A stretch of DNA of 21,676 nucleotides from Candidatus Margulisiibacteriota bacterium (GTDB lineage: Bacteria; Margulisbacteria; WOR-1; O2-12-FULL-45-9). A model generated the notes under the pieces. That model was given only the letters and a program-made list of their open reading frames with translations, searched no databases and was not told the DNA's origin. Shown in pieces: positions 17,878 to 21,676 of this stretch. The stretch covers positions 1 through 21,676 of the forward strand of contig JAYEOW010000005.1 in the NCBI GenBank assembly GCA_034723395.1. Direction: 5' to 3'. Positions within the stretch are counted from its first letter, which is position 1. Every line of letters begins with the position of its first letter. Position numbers and translations under genes: made by a program.

Positions 17878-19104
17878 TTATGCTTTCTTTAGCGCCTCGG
17901 TCGGTTCCATTTTTGAGGCTACCCATGCCGGATAAACGCTAACGATCGCCGAAACGACGACGCCAAAAATTAGTGCGATTAAAAACATATGCAGCCGCCA
18001 AACCCCATAACTTGCACCGGTAATTCGATAACCGATATCACCCATGTCGCGCATCATAAATCCCCAGTTAATGCCAAATCTTACCAAGGGGTAATTCATC
18101 GCTGCGCCTAAAAGACAGCCAAAGATACTGCCAAAGAGTCCGATCAGTGCCCCTTCATAAATAAATAACCTTCTAATTTGCTTTCGTCGCATCCCCATCG
18201 CCGCCATCATCCCGATCTCCCTTACCCGCTCATAAGCGGACAACAATATGGTATTGCTGATCCCGATCAACGCGATGATAACCACTGCCGAAAAGATAAG
18301 TGACGAAAATCCCCGTTTTGTCTCGGATATGGCGATCACATCTTCCGCCAGATCTTTCCAGGTCATGATCTCAAGGCCGGTAAGCTCTTTGGCTAATTTA
18401 TCTCTAAATTTATCCACCTGTGAAATATCCTTTAATTTAATGTCGATCTCAGTGACTGCTTTCCCCATATCGAGTGAATCCTGTCCTACTCCTAAAGGAA
18501 TAACGATCGCCGCCCAATCGATCTTCGGATCCTCGGTCTTTAATATCCCCTTGATCCGGAGATCGAGCGCCTGATAGGTCTCATATTTTGTCCTGGTTAA
18601 TACAGTCAGGTAGTCACCAACTCCAACATTAAAGTCTTCGGCCAGTCCTTCCCCGATCAACATCGCCTCTTCGCCCTTATTAATAAATTTCCCCTCTTCC
18701 ACCGCCTGTTTTAGTTTAAAAACATTTGTGTCATCTTCTGGATTAATTGCAATTCCGATCGCAGGGAACTGGTCGATCCCGTCCGAAAGAAATATCCTAA
18801 AGTTGATCCGGGAGGTAATTCCTTCAACATTTTTGTCGCGGGACACTTCATCGATAATCTTGGCTGGCATATCAATTGACTTGTCTAGCGGCAGGTTTTT
18901 AACGTCTTCTTGATAGCCCCGCTGAAAGATCTTAATATGCCCGGTCTCATAATTGATTACCTTGGTAAATGAATCCACGTCGAGCCCGGTAAGCATCGAA
19001 TCCATCAGCAGCAGTACGCCTAGCCCGAAGGCGATCGCAAACATGGTTAGCAACGTCCGCCTAAAATTCCTGAATATATTCCTAAAAGCCAGCTTAAAAA
19101 GCAT
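17878..19104 (-). CDS. ABC transporter permease, LolC/E-MacB/FtsX family
   Basis: LAFRNIFRNFRRT, NTILLSAYERVREIGMMAAMG, YPAxxASKMEPTEAL; paralogue of the adjacent gene. Confidence 0.93.
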   Translation of the reverse strand: MLFKLAFRNIFRNFRRTLLTMFAIAFGLGVLLLMDSMLTGLDVDSFTKVINYETGHIKIFQRGYQEDVKNLPLDKSIDMPAKIIDEVSRDKNVEGITSRINFRIFLSDGIDQFPAIGIAINPEDDTNVFKLKQAVEEGKFINKGEEAMLIGEGLAEDFNVGVGDYLTVLTRTKYETYQALDLRIKGILKTEDPKIDWAAIVIPLGVGQDSLDMGKAVTEIDIKLKDISQVDKFRDKLAKELTGLEIMTWKDLAEDVIAISETKRGFSSLIFSAVVIIALIGISNTILLSAYERVREIGMMAAMGMRRKQIRRLFIYEGALIGLFGSIFGCLLGAAMNYPLVRFGINWGFMMRDMGDIGYRITGASYGVWRLHMFLIALIFGVVVSAIVSVYPAWVASKMEPTEALKKA

Positions 19105-19106
19105 TT

Positions 19107-19793
19107 CTACCTTTTTTCGTCAGATTGGATCTTCCCGTCATGCACGTGGATCAATCGATTTGCATAATCCATTACCATTTGGTCGTGGGTTGAGAAAATA
19201 AAAGTCGTTTTGGTCCGCTGGTTCATTTCTTTCATCAGCTTCAGGATCCCCTCGCCGGTAACTGAATCTAAATTAGCCGTCGGTTCATCAGCCAGAACGA
19301 TCTTTGGGTCCTTGACCAATGCGCGCGCGATCGCTACCCGCTGCATCTGCCCGCCGCTCATTTCGTTTGGCTTACGTTTAGCCAGATCTCCGATCCCGAC
19401 ATCTTCGAGTATCTTCATAACTTTTTCCTTCCGCTCTTTAGCGTTCCCCTGCTTTAAGAGGATCAGCGGGAATTCAACGTTTTCGAATGCGGAAAGGACC
19501 GGGATCAGGTTAAAGGTTTGAAAGATAAAGCCGAGATTGTGGTTGCGCACATCGGCCAGCTGGTTTGATGATAATCTTCCAACATTCCGATCGCTGATAA
19601 AGACCGTTCCCCCGGTCGGTTGATCAAGACAGCCAAACAAGTTCAACATCGTCGTCTTTCCTGACCCCGACGGACCAGCAATTGAGGAAAATTCCCCCTC
19701 TTCGATCGATACGGTCACCCCACGCAGGGCTGGAACTTCGACTTTTCCTACTCTATAATTTTTTACCACATTGGTCATATTTGCTACAGGCAT
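19107..19793 (-). CDS. ABC transporter ATP-binding protein, LolD/MacB-like
   Basis: Walker A GPSGSGKTT, GFIFQ, signature MSGGQ, Walker B/D-loop LADEPTANLD, H-loop STHD; AGGAGG RBS. Confidence 0.96.
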   Translation of the reverse strand: MPVANMTNVVKNYRVGKVEVPALRGVTVSIEEGEFSSIAGPSGSGKTTMLNLFGCLDQPTGGTVFISDRNVGRLSSNQLADVRNHNLGFIFQTFNLIPVLSAFENVEFPLILLKQGNAKERKEKVMKILEDVGIGDLAKRKPNEMSGGQMQRVAIARALVKDPKIVLADEPTANLDSVTGEGILKLMKEMNQRTKTTFIFSTHDQMVMDYANRLIHVHDGKIQSDEKR

Positions 19794-19812
19794 AATTTTC
19801 CCTCCTAAAAGC

Positions 19813-19854
19813 TTGTTACGGGCTAATTTTAGTACTATTATAATGTTGGTGCAA
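19813..19854. promoter_or_regulatory. Divergent sigma70-type promoter candidates for the ABC operon and cstA
   Basis: Minus strand TTGCAC(19854-19849)-N17-TAAAAT(19831-19826); plus strand TTGTTA(19813-19818)-N17-TATTAT(19836-19841). Confidence 0.45.
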
Positions 19855-19920
19855 CCAGATTATGAACCAACATAAATTAAAACTAATTTTTAATAAGGTA
19901 TTAATAAAAAGGAGCTTGGC

Positions 19921-21561
19921 ATGAACGCGCTGCTGATCGCGATCATCGGATTAACCTGTTTTGGTCTTGGATATTTTTTCTACGCAAATTTTATCGAGAA
20001 GCGAGTTTGGAAGGTCGATTATAAAAAAGAAACACCGGCGGTTATTAAAGATGATGGCTTAGATTATGTTCCGGCAAAACATTGGACTATGCTTTTTGGC
20101 CATCATTTCGCCTCGATTGCCGGCGCGGGGCCGATCATCGGACCGGTAATCGCCTGCGCCCTCTTTGGCTGGGGACCGGCGCTCCTTTGGATCATTATCG
20201 GATCGATCTTTATTGGCGGAGTGCACGATTTCTCCGCACTAATGCTTTCGCTTCGCCACAACGGAAATACGGTTGGCCATATCGCCGAAAGCGTCCTAAG
20301 CAAAAGAAGCCGACTGGTTTTTTCGGGGTTCCTTTGGCTTGCGTTAATTCTTGTCGTCGCCGTCTTTGCCGCTGTTACCGCCAAAACCATGGTTGCTGAA
20401 CCGAGGATAGTAATCCCTACTTTTGGGATAATTATTACCGCTATCCTGTTCGGGGCCATGGTATATAAATGGCGCATCAAACAAATAGCCGCAACCGTTA
20501 TCTCGCTGCTGTTAATCGCTGTTTTTATTTATCTTGGGTTAAATAATCCGGTAACCCTAAATTACCCTCAAGCATTAAATCTCTGGATCGTGATCCTGTT
20601 GGGCTACGCCTTTATCGCTTCGATAATCCCGGTAAACATTCTGCTTCAACCGAGAGATTATTTGTCGTCTTTTATTCTTTTCTTTGGACTGGTTCTTGGT
20701 TATGTGGGAATATTTGTAACACTGCCAAAGATGAATGCGCCAATGTTTATCTCCCATCAAAGCGCTCAGGGACCGCTCTGGCCGATGATGTTTGTAATTA
20801 TCGCCTGCGGCGCGATTTCCGGTTTTCACTCGTTAATATCCTCGGGAACGACATCAAAACAACTTCCGTACAAACCGGCAGCAAAGAAGATAACCTTTGG
20901 AGGGATGATCCTGGAAGGGGTCCTCTCCCTTTTGGCAATTATTGCGGTCTGCGCGGGGCTTTCCTGGGTCGGAGGAACCCCCGGATTAGTTTATCCGGAA
21001 TTAATGAAAAAGAGCGGCTGGATCGTCACCTTCGGAAAAGGATTCGGGCAGCTTGTCGCCCCGTTAGTTGGATCAACCGTCGGATCACTGATCGCTATGT
21101 TCACCCTAAACAGTTTTGTCTTGACGACATTGGACAGCGCCACCCGCATTGCCCGTTATATCACTGAAGAGACATTAGGCGACGCGCTCGGAGTTAAAAT
21201 GTTCAAAAATAAATATATTTCTACTGCAACGATCATTTTACTCGCTTTCTTCCTGGCCATCGGGTCGTGGAAATCGATCTGGCCGGTTTTTGGCGCGTCG
21301 AATCAATTGATTGCCGCCATGGTCCTGCTGCTCGCATCGGTCTACCTGTATCAAAAACGCCAGCCGTCAATCTATACTTTTATTCCGGCAGTTTTCATGA
21401 CGATCACTACAATTGGCGCTTTAATCTACGAAATGCTTCTCTTCTTCAAAGGCAATGACTATCTCCTCTTCTCGATCGCCGCCCTCCTCCTGGTTTTGTC
21501 GGGAGACATGCTTTATGAAGCCCTTAAAGTTATAAAAAGTAAAAAAACGTCGGCTCTATAG
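19921..21561 (+). CDS. cstA: Carbon starvation protein A family transporter
   Basis: TPA...DGxDYVP, FGHHFASIAGAGPIIGP, GGVHDF, LLQPRDYL, IACGAISGFHSL, TTLDSATR, IWPVFGASNQL; AAGGAG RBS. Confidence 0.95.
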   Translation: MNALLIAIIGLTCFGLGYFFYANFIEKRVWKVDYKKETPAVIKDDGLDYVPAKHWTMLFGHHFASIAGAGPIIGPVIACALFGWGPALLWIIIGSIFIGGVHDFSALMLSLRHNGNTVGHIAESVLSKRSRLVFSGFLWLALILVVAVFAAVTAKTMVAEPRIVIPTFGIIITAILFGAMVYKWRIKQIAATVISLLLIAVFIYLGLNNPVTLNYPQALNLWIVILLGYAFIASIIPVNILLQPRDYLSSFILFFGLVLGYVGIFVTLPKMNAPMFISHQSAQGPLWPMMFVIIACGAISGFHSLISSGTTSKQLPYKPAAKKITFGGMILEGVLSLLAIIAVCAGLSWVGGTPGLVYPELMKKSGWIVTFGKGFGQLVAPLVGSTVGSLIAMFTLNSFVLTTLDSATRIARYITEETLGDALGVKMFKNKYISTATIILLAFFLAIGSWKSIWPVFGASNQLIAAMVLLLASVYLYQKRQPSIYTFIPAVFMTITTIGALIYEMLLFFKGNDYLLFSIAALLLVLSGDMLYEALKVIKSKKTSAL

Positions 21562-21590
21562 CAAAGAGTGTGCTAAAAAATAAGTAAAAG

Positions 21591-21639
21591 TGTGGTAGGT
21601 TTTCCTTATCTTACACAAAAAAGAAAGGAGCCTACCACA
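21591..21639 (+). promoter_or_regulatory. Stem-loop sequestering the RBS and start codon
   Basis: TGTGGTAGG(21591-21599) pairs perfectly with CCTACCACA(21631-21639); pairing extends with bulges through CCTT/AAGG and TCTT/AAGA around an 8-nt loop. Confidence 0.8.
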
Positions 21640-21676
21640 TGAAGAATGATATCGCAAAAATTTTCCATCTGCAAGC
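21639..21676 (+). CDS. 5' fragment of an ORF (MKNDIAKIFHLQ...), putative transposase
   Basis: AAGGAG RBS 8 nt before the ATG; open to the window end; only 12 full codons visible. Confidence 0.5.
   Translation, partial: MKNDIAKIFHLQ

Larger units (their letters stand above)
21552..21676 (+). mobile_element. Probable left end of an ISL3-family insertion sequence (runs off the window)
   Basis: Begins GGCTCTAT, as I recall ISL3-family terminal repeats do; followed by an RBS-sequestering hairpin and an ORF start. The transposase core and right end are not visible. Confidence 0.55.

Noticed and set aside
1397..21458. Remaining short ORFs in the track nested in or antisense to the called genes
   Set aside because: Shadow frames of well-supported CDSs, without independent RBS or motif evidence.

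Overview
A gene-dense bacterial chromosomal window, probably from a diderm, since it encodes a secretin, a LolA-like protein and a beta-barrel candidate. Most of it is housekeeping or envelope genes: nadK, tlyA, a TPR-lytic transglycosylase, ruvB, a LapA-like gene, hisB, a metallophosphoesterase, UPF0280, a secretin with a lipoprotein partner, acyP, hppA, a stand-alone JAB protease, a LolD/LolCE/LolA-like/GT2/beta-barrel operon and cstA. No rRNA, tRNA or CRISPR array was seen. Notable structures: (1) a 135-nt palindromic heptamer-repeat element (16521-16655) that sits in frame and supplies the whole hydrophobic signal-peptide core of the LolA-like gene, plus a second heptamer run in the signal peptide of the beta-barrel gene of the same operon; (2) the probable left end of an ISL3-like IS that supplies the cstA stop codon and hides its own RBS in a hairpin; (3) a repeated sigma28-like GAAATT-N14-CCGATA motif, one copy having no sense gene downstream; (4) a doubly membrane-anchored degenerate PD-(D/E)xK protein; (5) an unannotated 39-aa membrane microprotein. 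All calls rest on motif recognition by eye; no searches were run.
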